From Malacoraja senta (lineage: Eukaryota): DNA of 64,000 nucleotides. Where the stretch lies: NCBI GenBank assembly GCA_038087875.1, contig CM075992.1, forward strand, positions 10,790,001 through 10,854,000, in the 5' to 3' direction. The position numbers were made by a program, and so were the translations under genes. How positions within the stretch are numbered: position 1 is the first letter of the stretch; the number at the start of each line of letters is the position of its first letter. The notes under the pieces are model-generated. The model was not told where the DNA came from, did no database searches, and saw nothing but the letters and a program-made list of their open reading frames with translations. Positions 39,511-53,173 of this stretch are shown here, one piece after another.

Positions 39511-39879
39511 GTCCCGTTTCCTTTTTAGTTTATTGTCACGTGCACCGAGGAAAATGCTTTCGTTGCGTGCTAACCAGTCAGCGGAAAGACAATACATGAT
39601 TACATTCGAGGCATTCACAGAGTAAAATTAAAAGGTAAGGGAATAACGTTTCCTGCAAGGTAAAGCCTGTATAGTCCGATCAAAGTTTGTCACCTGTGCA
39701 CTGTGACGGAGTGGGACAGTTTCATTCCAGTTGTTATCAGGCAACTGTATCATCCTACCACAGACAGGAAGCAGGGCTGAACTACTATCTACCTCATTGG
39801 AGACCCAAGGCCCATCTTTGATCGGATTTTGATGGCTTCAACCTACATCAAACGTTATTACGTCATTCTGTGTAAAGGC

Positions 39880-40925
39880 TATAAATATCTCGATTTTAAT
39901 CGTATTCCCCCGGCCAGATTTCACTCCAGCTGTCTTCGAATCCAATACGTCATTATCCAACATTTCCGATAAATCTGACGCGATCTCACCACCACCCCAT
40001 CCCTTGCAACTTTTAGAGGCCATACTCCTTCTGCAGCAGCTTAGTTCACATCCCTTACTCCACAAACCATCCTCTATACAGGTATTTTCCCTTTCAAACG
40101 TTAAAGATGCCATACCTGCAGCTACACGTCCCCTTTCGTCTCCATCGAGACACAGCAGGAGGTCTTCCCTGCTATTCCGAGGTTCTCATGTAGCCCCGAT
40201 AGCGTCATCTACTGCTTTTGCTTTCTCCAGATGTGGCCTACTTTACATCAACCGGACTGAAAGTTGATGGCTTCGACAAATAGCAGCGCTGTGTTTTACA
40301 ACGACTCCTGGATCGCTGGGTTTCTAACAATTTTAATCACCCTCTTTATTAAAATACCGACCTTCTATCCTTGACCATGTTAATTGCCAGAATTAGCTCA
40401 CGGTCACATTAGAGGGACAACAGATCACATTCGCTTGGGTAGTTTAAAGTTTACCGTCTGGACATCGAACGTTCCACTTTCAACGACGAACTCCGAGCCC
40501 TCTCTCTTTTCCTCAATTTCCCACTCTGATGCATGTCTGTTTTCCAGACTACCTTCCCACCCCTGCCAGTAATGCGATGTATTTCCATTCCTCAGCAGCG
40601 CATCTCCAATCCGCGGAAGGTTAATTTGCCTATTCTCGCCTCTCTCCTCGCTGCACTATCCTCTTCCATTTATTTTCTTCCCTCTGCCCTCATATTTCAG
40701 TCATGTTCTCTCTTATCTGAAACCCTTTTGTGTTCTTTGTCGCTTATTCCATTCCTCTGGCAATTGAACCCCCTTACACGTATCCACGACATTACCAGGC
40801 TTGCTCGCGTCACTATCTCTATTTGCCAGTTTACTCCCCTCTTCTGCAGGTAATGTGAAGAAGAGCCTAAATCAAACATGCATCTGCCTGAACCCCTCCC
40901 CCGACTTCCAGTGTTCCAGCAGCCC
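39880..40925 (+). mobile_element. Degenerate Penelope 3' part, paralogous to 60660-61310
   Basis: GIY-YIG end remnant; shares diagnostic strings (GGGTAGTTTAAAG, GTTCCACTTT) with the reverse complement of 60720-60800. Confidence 0.7.
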
Positions 40926-42189
40926 TTTTGTTTTGTTCACGCATAACGTTTATGTTAAGTCTGTATACTAACAGGGTAGCACGCAATTACTCATGGAAGA
41001 CAGCCGCCTGTTTATCGTGCGTATGTTGTAAAACCGGAGACTCATATTGTGTCTGCCATACGACCAATGCGCGGCGCTTCTCGGGTTCTCAGAAATGCCG
41101 AATTTCTCACATCAGTGGGAGAGTCTAGTGCTACATATAGTGTTAAACGATGTTCCTTTTGGATGGAGATGAGGAGGAATGTCTTAAGTCAGAGGGTGGT
41201 GAATCTGTGGAATTATTTGCCATAGAACGCCGTGGAAGCCGTCAATTCATATTTTATATACATAGATAGATTTTTATTAGTGCGTGTTTCTGGGTTATGA
41301 GGAGAAGGCAGGAGAATTAGGTTCGGAGGAATAGATAGATCAGACATGATTAAATAGCGGAGTTGACTGACTAAGAGTCTTGACCTTAAACGTCACAAAA
41401 TCCTCTCCGGAGATGCTGCATGTCCCGCTGAGTTACGCCAGCTTTTTTGGTCTATCGGCGGAGTTGACTAGATGGGCCATTTGTCATAATTCTGCTCCTA
41501 TCAATTATGAACATGATATCATTCCACAGGGCACTAACAATCTGCTGACTATGTTGAAATATATGTTGCCCTGTGCAGAAGGCAACTCTTACAATGATAT
41601 TGCAAATGTTAGCAGAAGTTTACGCGCATTACAGATGGATGAGGTCAGAGTGTATGCGCCTCATCCAGTTCAACACCCACGCATTAACCTTTATAATGAA
41701 CACGTTATCATCTAACGATCCTATCTCTAATCACATTCTCTATTAATCTCAGTATGTCAATCTGCAACATCACTTTGCTGAATGCGGCCGTCCTTTCCAT
41801 CGATTATTAAAGACATGCACATATTTGAAAATTACAAGCTTTTGCTTATTCGGTTCGAATCGGGAACGTGGTGCAGGGTTATGAAGTTGCTATTAGTCAG
41901 CACAAGTCATGTCCGACGCATTTAACGCAATATCTTACTCGACGCTCTCCCAGTTTCTTGCTGCATTTGTAAATACAATGATAGTGTTGTTAAAGTAACG
42001 TTGATGAAGTCCCTCGAGAGGCTGGTGCCCACTCACCTGCGACCCCTGGTTAAACCCTACCTGGACCCCCTGCAATTCGCTTACCAAACAAAGATGGGAG
42101 TTGTGGACGCTAACATCCTCCTGCTCCATTGTTCCGGCCCAGTTCAAGTCTTTTCCGTGAAGATCGGAGAGAAGCAGCATCCATAAGCA

Positions 42190-45100
42190 GCAAGTGCGAG
42201 TAATGGCTGGAAGTAGGTGAGTGCGAGGGAAATACGGTTTTAAAAGAGCGCCAAAGGCCCAGGTTCGAGTAATTTGCAAGTTAGCCGTTAGCCTGTTAAT
42301 TGGGTAACAGAAAAATAAGTGAAACCGCAGTAGAACGTTCTTGTTGGGAGCGGCCTTGTTAAGGTGCTCAAGACTCTTCGGCGAGGAGGCTGAGGCAAGG
42401 AGAATACACTTGATCGAAATTTGTGATTTGTGATTTTTGCCCATTCAGGAAATTGCAGGCAACGTGACAGTTGTGGGAAGGCAGGGACACCGCTGGATAT
42501 TCAGGAAACTAATCCTGCAGTAATTGGTTTCAGGTGCTGCTCCTGAATGAACGTGTTGGGGAATTGAAGAAGCAGCTAGATGACCTCAGAGATATCCGGG
42601 AAAATTAGAGTTTCCTGGGCAAGACCCACAGATTGTTTGTCACGCCAAGGATACAGGCAGAGCGAAGGTGGGTGACTGTGAGAAAGGGGAGTAAACGTGG
42701 AGTGCAGCAGAACCCGGTACATAATAAAAACAGGTACACGCCCTTGGGAGCTGTCGGGGCAGACGACGCTTCCAGTCCGAGCGGCTGACAGGTCGTTGGT
42801 TCCAATCCTAGTAATGAAACTCGATCAGCGAGACCGACGTCCTACAGGGCCATAGTGGTGGATTACTCCTTTGCCCGCGGTACAGACTTGAGATTCTGTG
42901 GCGGCGGGCGAGTCTCAAGGATGGTCTGTAGCCTCCATGATGCCATGGTTCAAGATGTCTCTGACCGACTTCAGATCGTCGTCGAGAGGGAAAGGTGAGC
43001 AGCAGGAAGAACTTGTGCATCCAGGCACAAGCGACATCGGGAAGAAGAGGAATGGGGTTCCGCAACGTTTGTTTAGAGAGTTAGGAGGAAGTCTGAAAAG
43101 CAGGACTTCTAGGGTGATTATTTCTGGTTTGATTCCTGTACCTCGTGTTGGTGCGGGCATGAACATTGATATGGGGATTCTGAACGGGTGGCTGGAGTGC
43201 TGGTGCAGGAAGCAAGGAATTAGATTTATCGACCACTGGGACCGATTCTGGGTTAGGGGTGACATGTACGAAAGGGACGGGCTACACCTTTACTGGAGGG
43301 GCATCACCGTTCTGCTAGACAGATTTGCTGGGTGGGTTTAAACTAAATCGAGGGGGCAAGTGGGTGACAAATTGGGAGCATGACGATGAAGTTAAAGGGG
43401 AAGTGAGTACAGGAAATCTTACAAAAGTCTCTCGTCTTAATGGGTAGAAAAGTTCGAGAAGGGATAAGTGAGTAAGGTCAGGGGCAATAGTCTCCGGATT
43501 TACAAAGGTAAGACCTCTGCTGAGGACAGACCGTTCGATGTCGGAGAGGGGGAGGTCGGGGGGATGGTGAACACCCGGCAGGGATGGAGGTTGGGGCCGG
43601 AGGAAGGCAGGTGGGTGGAATGGGGACGAGGCGATGTGTGGTGGGGGGGGTGGTGGGTGGTCAGGGGGTGGGGGGTCAGGGGGTTTACAAAGGTAAGACC
43701 TCTGCTGAGGACAGACCGTTCGATGTCGGAGAGGGGGAGGTCGGGGGGGATGGTGAACACCCGGCAGGGATGGGGGTTGGGGCCGGAGGAAGGCAGGTGG
43801 GTGGAATGGGGACGCTTCTACCGTCGCCTCCGCCTCACAGCTCACTTCCATGGGAAGGAGTCCTCGCTCCCCACTGATGACCCCTTTTCCCGTCTCCAAC
43901 GCACCCCATCCTCATGGAACCCCCCTCGTAGCCTTCCGGCTTTAGAACTCTTTATTCACAACTGCCGCCGTGACATCAACCGCATCAACTTCTCCACTCC
44001 CCTGTCTCACTCCAATCTCTCCCCCCCTGAACGCACTGCCATCGACTCACTCCGCAACAACCTAGATTGGGTTATCAAACCCGCCGACAAGGGAGGTGCC
44101 GTGGTAGTCTGGCGCGTCGATCTCTACAAAGCTGAGGCCACGCGCCAACTCTCGGACACCTCCTCCTACTTACCCCTGGACCATGACCCCACTGACGAGC
44201 ACCAGGCCACCATCTCCAGCACCATCACCGACTTCATCCACTCCCACGCCCTGCCCGACCGAGCCTTCAACCTCATCGTTCCCCAGCCCCGCACAGCCCG
44301 CTTTTACCTTCTCCCCAAAATCCACAAACCTGACTGTCCCGGTAGGCCCATTGTCTCTGCCTGTTCGTGCCCCACCGAACTCATCTCCACCTACCTCGAC
44401 TCCATCCTATCCCCCTTGGTTAAATCCCTCCCCACCTATGTTCAAGACACCTCAGACACTCTCCGTCATCTCCGCGCATTCCACTCTCAAGGCCCTCACC
44501 CCCTCATCTTCACCATGGACGTCCAGTCATTGTACACCTCCATCCCCCACCAGGATGGTCTCGAAGCCCTCCGTTTTTTCCTCGACCGTAGAAGCAATCT
44601 ATACCCGGCCACTGACACCCTCCTCCGCCAAGCGGAGCTGGTCCTTACACTTAATAACTTTTCATTTGACTCCTCCCATTTCCTCCAAATACAAGGCGTA
44701 GCTATGGGCACACACATGGGCCCCAGCTATGCCTGCCTCTTTGTCGGGTACGTAGAACAATCCTTGTTCAATGGTACCAGGGCCCCATCCCCGACCTCTA
44801 CCTCCGCCACATCGATGATTGTTTTGGTGCCACATCCTGCACCCACACACAACTGACTGACTTCATCCGCTTCACCACCAACTTCCATCCGGCACTCAAA
44901 TACACCTGGACCATTTCCGACACTTCCCTACCATTCCTTGACCTCACTATCTCCATCACAGGTGATAGACTCCTTACCGACATCCACTACAAACCTACCG
45001 ACTCCCATGGCTATCTGGACTACACTTCTTCCCACCCTGCTTCCTGTAAGGACTCCATCCCCCACTCCCAATTCCTCCGTCTACGCCGCATCTGCTCCCA

Positions 45101-48100
45101 GGATGAGGCGTTACACACCAGGGCAACTGAAATGTCCTCATTCTTCAGGGAACGGGGGTTCCCCTCCTCCACCATAGATGAGGCTCGCACTAAGGTCTCT
45201 GCCATACCCCGCAACACTGCTCTCTCTCCCCATCCCCCCCACTCACAACAAGGGCAGAGTCCCCCTAGTCCTCACCTTTCACCCCACCAGCCGTCACATA
45301 CAACAGGTGATCCTCCGTCAGTTTCGCCATCTCCAACGTGACCCCACCACTCGCCACATCTTCCCATCTCCCCCCATGTCTGCCTTCCGCAAAGACGGCT
45401 CCCTTCGTAACTCCCTTGTCAATTCTTCCCTTCCCTCCCATACCACCCCCTCCCCTGGTACTTTCCCTTGCAACCGCAAGAGATGCAACACTTGTCCCTT
45501 CACCTCCCACCTCCACTCCATTCAAGGACCCAAGCAGTCGTTCCAGGTGCGACAGAGGTTCACGTGCATCTCCTCCAACCTCATCTATTGCATTCGCTGC
45601 TCTAGATGCCAGCTGATCTACATCGGTGAGACCAAGCGGAGGCTTGGCGATCGTTTCGCCGAACACCTCCGGTCGGTCCGCAATAACCAACCTGAACTCC
45701 CTGTGGCTCAGCACTTCGACTCCCCCTCCCATTCCGTATCTGACCTCTCTGTCCTGGGTCTCCTCCATGCCCACAGCGAGCAACACCGTAAATTGGAGGA
45801 AATGCACCTCATATTCCGCTTGGGCAGTCTACATCCTGGGGGTTTGAACATTGAATTCTCCCAATTCTGCTAGCCCTTGCTGTCCCCTCCCCTTAATCAG
45901 CCATCTGGTTGTCTCCTCCCCTCCCCCAGCCCTCGGGCTCCTCCTCCGCCTTTTTCCTCTTTTCCTTTCTTCTCCCCACCCCCTATCAGTCTGAAGAAGG
46001 GTTTCGGCACGAAACGTTACCTATTTCCTTCGCTCCATAGATGCTGCTGCACCCGCTGAGTTTCTCCAGCATTTTTGTGTACCAGGGGCAATAGTGACTG
46101 GTGTGAGAGGAGAGGTGAATATTGAAGTTAAAGTGTTCTTTTTGAAAACGCGAAGTATAAGAAATAGAGTGGATGTGCTTGAGGCTCAGTTGGACATTGG
46201 CAAGTTTGATATTGGTGGAATTACAGATACCTTCCTGCAAGAGGACCAGGGCTGGGAAATGAATATGCAAGGCTATACGTCTTAACGAATAGACAGACAG
46301 GTGGGCAAAGGGGGTGGGGTAGCTCTGTTCGTAAGGAATGGACTTCACTCCCTTGCGAGGGGTGGCATTGAATCAGGAGATGTAGAGTCAATATGGATAG
46401 GACTGAGGAATTATGAGGGTAAAAATATCCTAATGGGAGTTATCTATAGCTCCCCAATCAGTAGCGTTGATAGAAGGTGCATGTCGAAACAAGAGTTAAA
46501 ATTAGTATGTCGCAAACGTATTGCTATGGTGGTAATGGGAGATTTCAACATGCAGGTAGACTGGGGGAAATCAGGCTGTTACTGATACCCAAGAAAGAGA
46601 GTTTGTGGAGTGCTTGCGAAATGGATTCTTAGAGCAATTTGTGCTGGAGCCAACCATGAAGAAGGCAATTCCGAATTTAGTGTATTTGATTGGGGAAGTA
46701 AATGTAAAGGAGCCATTAAGAGGTAGTGACCATACTACGATAAGTTCTAATCTACAATTTGAGACGGAGAAGGGAAAATCGCAAGTGTCAGTATTACAGT
46801 TAAGGCATAAGGGAGGAGCTGGCCAAAGTTGACTGGAATGACATCCTAGCAGGGATGACAGTGGAACAGCAATAACACGTATTTCTGGGAATAATACAGA
46901 AGGTGCAGGAACAATTGAACTCAAGGCTGGTATAAGAATAAAAGATAAGTATAACGAAGCAAAGATGAGCGGGTAGCCAGAGGATTACGAAATTTTTAAA
47001 GAGCACCGGAAGATAACTAAAAAGGCAATGCGGAGAGAAAATATGAAGTGCAAAGGTAAGCTAGCCAAGAATAAAATGAAGGAATGCAAAATCTTCAATA
47101 GGTATTTGAAGAAGAAAAATATAGTTAAGACAAATGTGGGTCCCTTAAAGACAGAAACAGGTGAATTTATTATGGGGAACAAGGAAATGGCAGATGAGTT
47201 AAACTTGTACCGTGTATCTGTCTTCACTAAGGAAGACACAAAGAATCTCACGAATGTACTACTGGCCAGATGACCGAGGGTGACGGAAGAACTGAAGGAA
47301 ATTCACATTAGGCAGGAAAAGGTATTGGGTAGACTGATGGGACTAAAAGGCTGACGAGGCAAATTTGCAGATTACATAAACCTGTGTGGCTGTGTGAACT
47401 TTGCGGAGGATGCTTTAAGGATGCAGGGTGATTTGGGCAGGTTGGGTAAGTGGGCAAAATGCATGGCAGATGCAGTTTAACGTGGATAAATCTTAATCAT
47501 AATCATAACCATTCATCATTGGCCAAGTATGTTTTGCCACATACGAGGAATTGTTTTGCCATACAGTCATGCCAATAAAAAGCAACAAGACCACAACATA
47601 CATTTAACATAAACTTCCACCACAGTGACTACTCCGCATTCAACACTGAGATGGAAGGCAATCAAAATTCAATCTCTTCCCTTCTTTATCCTCCAGCGGT
47701 CGGGGGCCTCGACTCCTCCGTTGTCGGGACTATCTTGGCACCCGCGGCCGGCGGTCGGCCCTCCGCATCGGGGCGAGCGATCAAGCTACCGCCTCGGGGA
47801 GGGGGCGAGGGCGGGGGGGGGTGCGGTTCAGCTCCCTGCGCCGGGCGATCGGAACCCGTGTCGGCGCTAGCCAAACCTCCTGCGACTTTGGAGCTTCCCG
47901 ACATAGGCCGGTACCCGGGACTGTGAACCCATTGATGTTGAAATACGCAGGGCGCTGTTGTAGTATTGATCCCAGGTAATGGATCGTACGTTCCGATGTT
48001 AAGTCCACGGCCCCACGATGGGGCTCAAAGTCAAGGCCGCCAGCTCTATTATGTTGGACCGCAAAGCGGCAAAATACTCGCAACTGCCGCAAGATATGAG

Positions 48101-48423
48101 ATGGAATCTAGTATCCCCGAACCAGGGGGCCACAGTTGAAGTATAAGGGGGGGGGGGGCATTTACAAAGGAGAGGGAGAAAAAACTATTTCACCCCAAGT
48201 GTTGTGTATCTGTGAAATTCCCTGCCTCATAAGGCAGTGGATGCCGATTCTGTGGATGCTTTGAAGAGAGTTAGATATAGCTCTTAACGATAGCGGAGTC
48301 AAGGGATATGGAGAGAAGGCAGCAACTGTGAACTTATTGTGGATGATCAGCCATGATCACATTGAATGGCGGTGCTGGCTCGAAGGGCCAAATGGCCTAC
48401 TCCCGCACCTATTGTCAATTGTC
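42190..48423 (+). mobile_element. Decayed CR1 (ORF1 esterase, endonuclease, RT, tail) interrupted by a Penelope and a SINE
   Basis: GTSDIG, ISGLIPVP and DGLHL at 42898-43341; MGDFN near 46536; tail near 48410. Confidence 0.85.
43492..46082 (+). mobile_element. Young Penelope element with an inverted, duplicated 5' segment and a 13-bp TSD
   Basis: RT and GIY-YIG ORFs; CAGGGGCAATAGT at 43479-43491 and 46083-46095. Confidence 0.95.
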
Positions 48424-49292
48424 GAAATCGAGAGGCATTGTGAATGTCAATCTGCAGAATGGTTTCGATCCGAAACGTCCCGCATTCCTTCTCTCCAGAG
48501 AGGCTGCCTGTCCTGCTGAGTTACTCCAGCTTTTTTGTGTCTGTCTTCGGTATAAACCAGAATCTACAGTTCTTTCCTGCATTATTGCGAGGTTAATGTT
48601 TTTGAATTCCCCAGTGCTTTTAACACAATCCGGCCTGCACTGCTCGTGAGCAAACTGACGAAGTTGCGGCTGGATGCTTCATTGGTGTCCTGGATCACCA
48701 ATTACCTGACTGGACAAGCACAGCATTTCAGGCTACATAACTGTGCCTCGGACATGTTGGTGAACAAAACAGGGTGGCCAAGGGGCGGTCCTCTTTACAT
48801 TCTTGTTTACCATCTACACCTGGGACATTAGATATAAACCAGTCTCCTGGCACCTGCAGAAGTTTTCAGATGACTCAGCAATTGTGCGCTGATAAGTGAA
48901 GCAGAGTACATGGTTGTTGTCAACTACTTTGTTGAGTGGTGAGGGTGAATCATCTGCAGCTCAACGCCTACAAGATTAGGGAGTTTGTGGCGTACTTTAT
49001 GATGAAAGGACCACCCCTATCCCCTGTCTCAATCTATGGTGTGGATCTGCAGTTTACTATGGTATACAAATGCATTGGAGTGTACCTGGACAGTAAAGTG
49101 GACTGGTCCGCGTAAGCTGAGGCCCTGTACACGAAGGGACAGTGCCGGCTCTACTTTTTGAGAATGTGCTCCTTCAACGTCTGCAGAAAGATTTTGCAGA
49201 TGTTCCATCAATCGGTGGTAGCCAATGCAATCTCCTTCGTTGCCATGTGCTGGAGCTGCAACGCAAAGGATCTGGATGGAAATGGGATCAAC

Positions 49293-52200
49293 AAACCTCT
49301 TTTTGAGACCAATGATACAACAGGTATTTCACCTTCGTTATTATGGGAAACTTTTAAGGCATTCATAAGAGGAGTTATAATTTCATAACAGGCCTTCCAA
49401 AATAAAAAGAATAACACAGAACAATTGCAGTTAGAACAAGAAATCAGACAATTAGACCTAGATAATGCCAAAGACCCAACCACAGATAAACACAATAAGA
49501 TAACCTTATTGAAATTTAAATAAAATAAAATTTTATCGGCTAGAGTAATAAGATTATTTCAAATTACAAAACAAGAACATTTTGAATTTGGCGATAAACC
49601 ACAGAAACATTTAGCACGTCAGCTGAAAAAACGCGAAACGGAAAATATAATTATAAAAATTAAATCAGATAAGGGTGAATTACTAACATTACCAAAAGAT
49701 ATTAATAAGAGATTTGCCCAATTATTATCAAAACTTATATACATCTAAAACTACAGCAGATAACATTAAAATTACAAATTTCTTAGATAACTGCAAACTT
49801 CCTAAACTTACTTTGTTGGAACAAGAGGAGTTAGGAGCTCAGATTACACTTAAAGAAATAGAAGAAACAATAAACTCGTTGAAAAATGGCAAAACTCCAG
49901 GACCAGATGGTTTTAGCAACGAATTTTACCAAAGATTCCATGAGATAATTTCTCCCCGTCTACAAAAATTATATACTCATGCCTTTAAGGAAAACACATT
50001 ACCAGAAATACTGGCTGAATCAACCATTATACTCATACCAAAAAAAAGATAAAGATTTAGAAGAACATGGCTCATACAGAGCTATAGCACTCTTAAATAC
50101 AGATCAGAAAATACTAGCAAAGAATTTAGCGAGAAAACTAACTACGTTAACAAACTAATAAACCCGGATCAAACGGGGTTTATACCTAAAAGATACTCAG
50201 CCAATAATCTAAGACGCTTGTTTAATATAATGTACTCACTAAAAACTGAAGAAGAAGATATATCAATTATTTCATTGGATGCAGAAAAAGCATTTTATCA
50301 AGTAGAATGGCCATATATTCATAAAGTATTGCAAAAATTTAACACGGGAGAGAATTTCGTTTCATGGGTTAAATTATTATATTATAAGCCGACAGCTAGA
50401 ATACTGACTAATAATATGTTATCTTTAAAATTTCATTTAACAAGGGGCAATAGACAGGGGTGTGCTCTATCACCCCTACTATTTGCACTTGTGATAGAGC
50501 CTATAAGAAGCCATCCGAATATTCGGGGATATAATACCAAAGATTCGAATATTAAAATCTCACTATACGCAGAGGATGTATTATTATACATCACAAATTC
50601 GCAAATTAGTAGACCAAACATACCAAATTTAATAGAGGAATTTGGCTCCTTTTCAGGATATAGAATAAATTGGAAGTGAAATTATGACGTTAAAACCACA
50701 AGACGCGACACATCTGTTAAAATTTCCCTTTAAAATTGCAACAGAAAAATTTAAGTATTTAGGTATCCAAATTACTAGAAAATATAAATCATTATTTAAT
50801 GCAAATGTTATGTCTTTACTAACTAAACTGAATGGGTTGATTAAATTCTGGAAATCCTTCCCAATGTCTTTAATAGGTAGAATAACTGCTATAAAAATGA
50901 TTTTTCTACAACAAATATTATATCTATATCAATGTATTCCAATATACTTACCAAAAAACTTCTTAAAATTTTTTATTCTAGTATTACTAACTTCATTTGG
51001 GACTATACAGCGCATAAAATCCAAAGAAAACATCTGTGTAACCCTAAAGAATTTGGGGGACTGACACTCCCAAACTTTTTATACTACTACTGGGCAGTAC
51101 ATATTAAAAACATAATTAATTGGTTGGACAGGTAGAATGGATAAGAATGGAGAAAGAGGATTGCTCTTCTGATTGTGCTTCTGATTTTCTTTTTTTTTGT
51201 GTTTTTGGAACGAATTCTGTCCCTGATTTATGTATTGGTCTTTATAACCAATTTTTTTTAAATTCTGATTATATGTTTTCTATAAATCTCTGTATGGTGT
51301 CCTTGAGACCTCGGTATAAGGCGCCCGTAAATAAAATCCATTATTATTATTATTATTATTATAGGAGCGATCCTCTTCTCCCCGATAAAATTAAACAATA
51401 CAATATATAAGAAGAACCCAATTATTCACAACACAATTCGAATTTTGAAACAAATAAAACTAACTTTGAAAGTAAGAAATTTATCGTTTTCAACTCCAAT
51501 AGTAAATAACTCCTCATTTAAGCCATCTCTTATTGATAAAGCGTATACCTTTTGGGAAAGATTAGGAATTAAAAGCTTTGGAGATTTGTATGAAATGGGA
51601 ATGTTTTAAATCATTTCAACAACTACAATTAAAATACAACTTGAAAAATAATCAATACTTTAAGTACCTTCAAATTAGAGATTATTTGAAATAACACATA
51701 CAAGGATATCAAAATATAACTTTAGATTCACTAGATGAAGCGATGAATATTAAAGCAGATTCAAGCAATATAATATCATACTTATATAATATTATTTTAA
51801 ATATAGAACCTCCAACGACAGAGGCAATTAGTAGATTGGGAACAAGAATTACAGTTACAAATTGCGAAAGAAGCATGGGAAAAATACCTGATATATATAC
51901 ATAAATGTTCGATTAATGTAAAACTAAATTTTATCCAATTTAAAATTTTACATAGACTATATTACTCGAAAACTAGATTGAATAAATTTTGTCCAAATAC
52001 CTCACCAATATGTGATAAATGCTTAGCTGAGAATGCCACTATAACACACTCTTTTGTCTCATTTATAAAACTTCATAAATTCTGGAATGAAATTTTTGAA
52101 ATGTTTACAAAATTATTTAATAGAAGACTGGGACCGAATACAGAATTGATTATCTTTGGATCAATGGAAGATGGGACTAAGCTAAATACGCATCAAAAAT

Positions 52201-53173
52201 CCTTACTTAATTATGGTTTAATAATGGCAAAAAAACAAATATTTAAATTTTGGAAAATTTCGCCAACACCAACGGTGAAAATGTGGATTTCAAATATGTC
52301 AGAAACGGCATATCTTGAAGAAATACGACTCCTAGTAGGTAAGGTAGACCTCTTCTTATTGATATGGTCTCCCTTTATCGACTTTCTACAAGCATATGGT
52401 GCATTGAGAGGGGATCTTATAGAAACGTACAAGATTCTTATGGGGATGGACAGGCTAGATGCAGGAAGATTGTTCCCGATGTTGGGGAAGTCCAGGACAA
52501 GGGGTCACAGCTTAAGGATAAGGGGGAAATCCTTTAAGACCGAGATGAGGAAAAACTTTTTCACACAGAGAGTGGTGAATCTCTGGAACTCTCTGCCACA
52601 GAGGGTAGTTGAGGCCAGTTCATTGGCTATATTTAAGAGGGAATTAGATGTGGCCCTTGTGGCTAAAGGGATCAGGGGGTATGGAGAGAAGGCAGGTACG
52701 GGATACTGAGTTGGATGATCAGCCATGATCGTATTGAATGGCGGTGCAGGCTCGAAGGGCCGAATGGCCTACTCCTGCACCTAATTTCTATGTATCTATG
52801 TATCTATGTAACACAATCATATAAATATAATGGTTCAGAAATAGGTGACGGGGGGCAGGATTATCAAATAGATATATCGTTTTCAATCTCCTTTCCTCTT
52901 CTCTTTTGTTCCTTATTTCTTTCTTTCTTCTCTTCTTTCTTTCTCCTCGTTTTTTTCTAGGGATATTTGGCTATCTCACGCAACACTTCATCTCAATCTT
53001 TCCTTTTGTAATCTTGCATTTCTTATTTTTACTTTATTAGTAAATTAAAAATAAGAAGTTGTATATGAAATGTTATATGTCAATAAGAATTAGGTACTTT
53101 GGTACCACATTATTGTACTTACTTCTAAAAAATTAAAAATTAAAAATATTTTTTTTTTTAAAATAAAAAAAAC
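49293..53173 (+). mobile_element. 5'-truncated L1-clade LINE ORF2, frameshifted, with A-rich tail
   Basis: LWETFKAFIRG, KTPGPDGF, SLDAEKAF, RQGCALSPLLF and LYAED motifs; C-terminal cysteine-rich remnant; AT-rich composition. Confidence 0.92.
52403..52810 (+). mobile_element. Short 3' fragment of the young CR1 family inserted in the L1 3' end
   Basis: Almost identical to 7006-7410, including the CTATGTAT tail. Confidence 0.93.

Noticed and set aside
40928..41128. Cys-rich 66-aa ORF as another defensin
   Set aside because: The Cys spacing does not fit, the frame is not conserved in the 59.4-kb paralogue, and the DNA aligns to intron and CR1 sequence.
51978..52709. 243-aa ORF as a novel fusion protein
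   Set aside because: Chance in-frame junction of a decayed L1 C-terminus and an inserted CR1 3' fragment.
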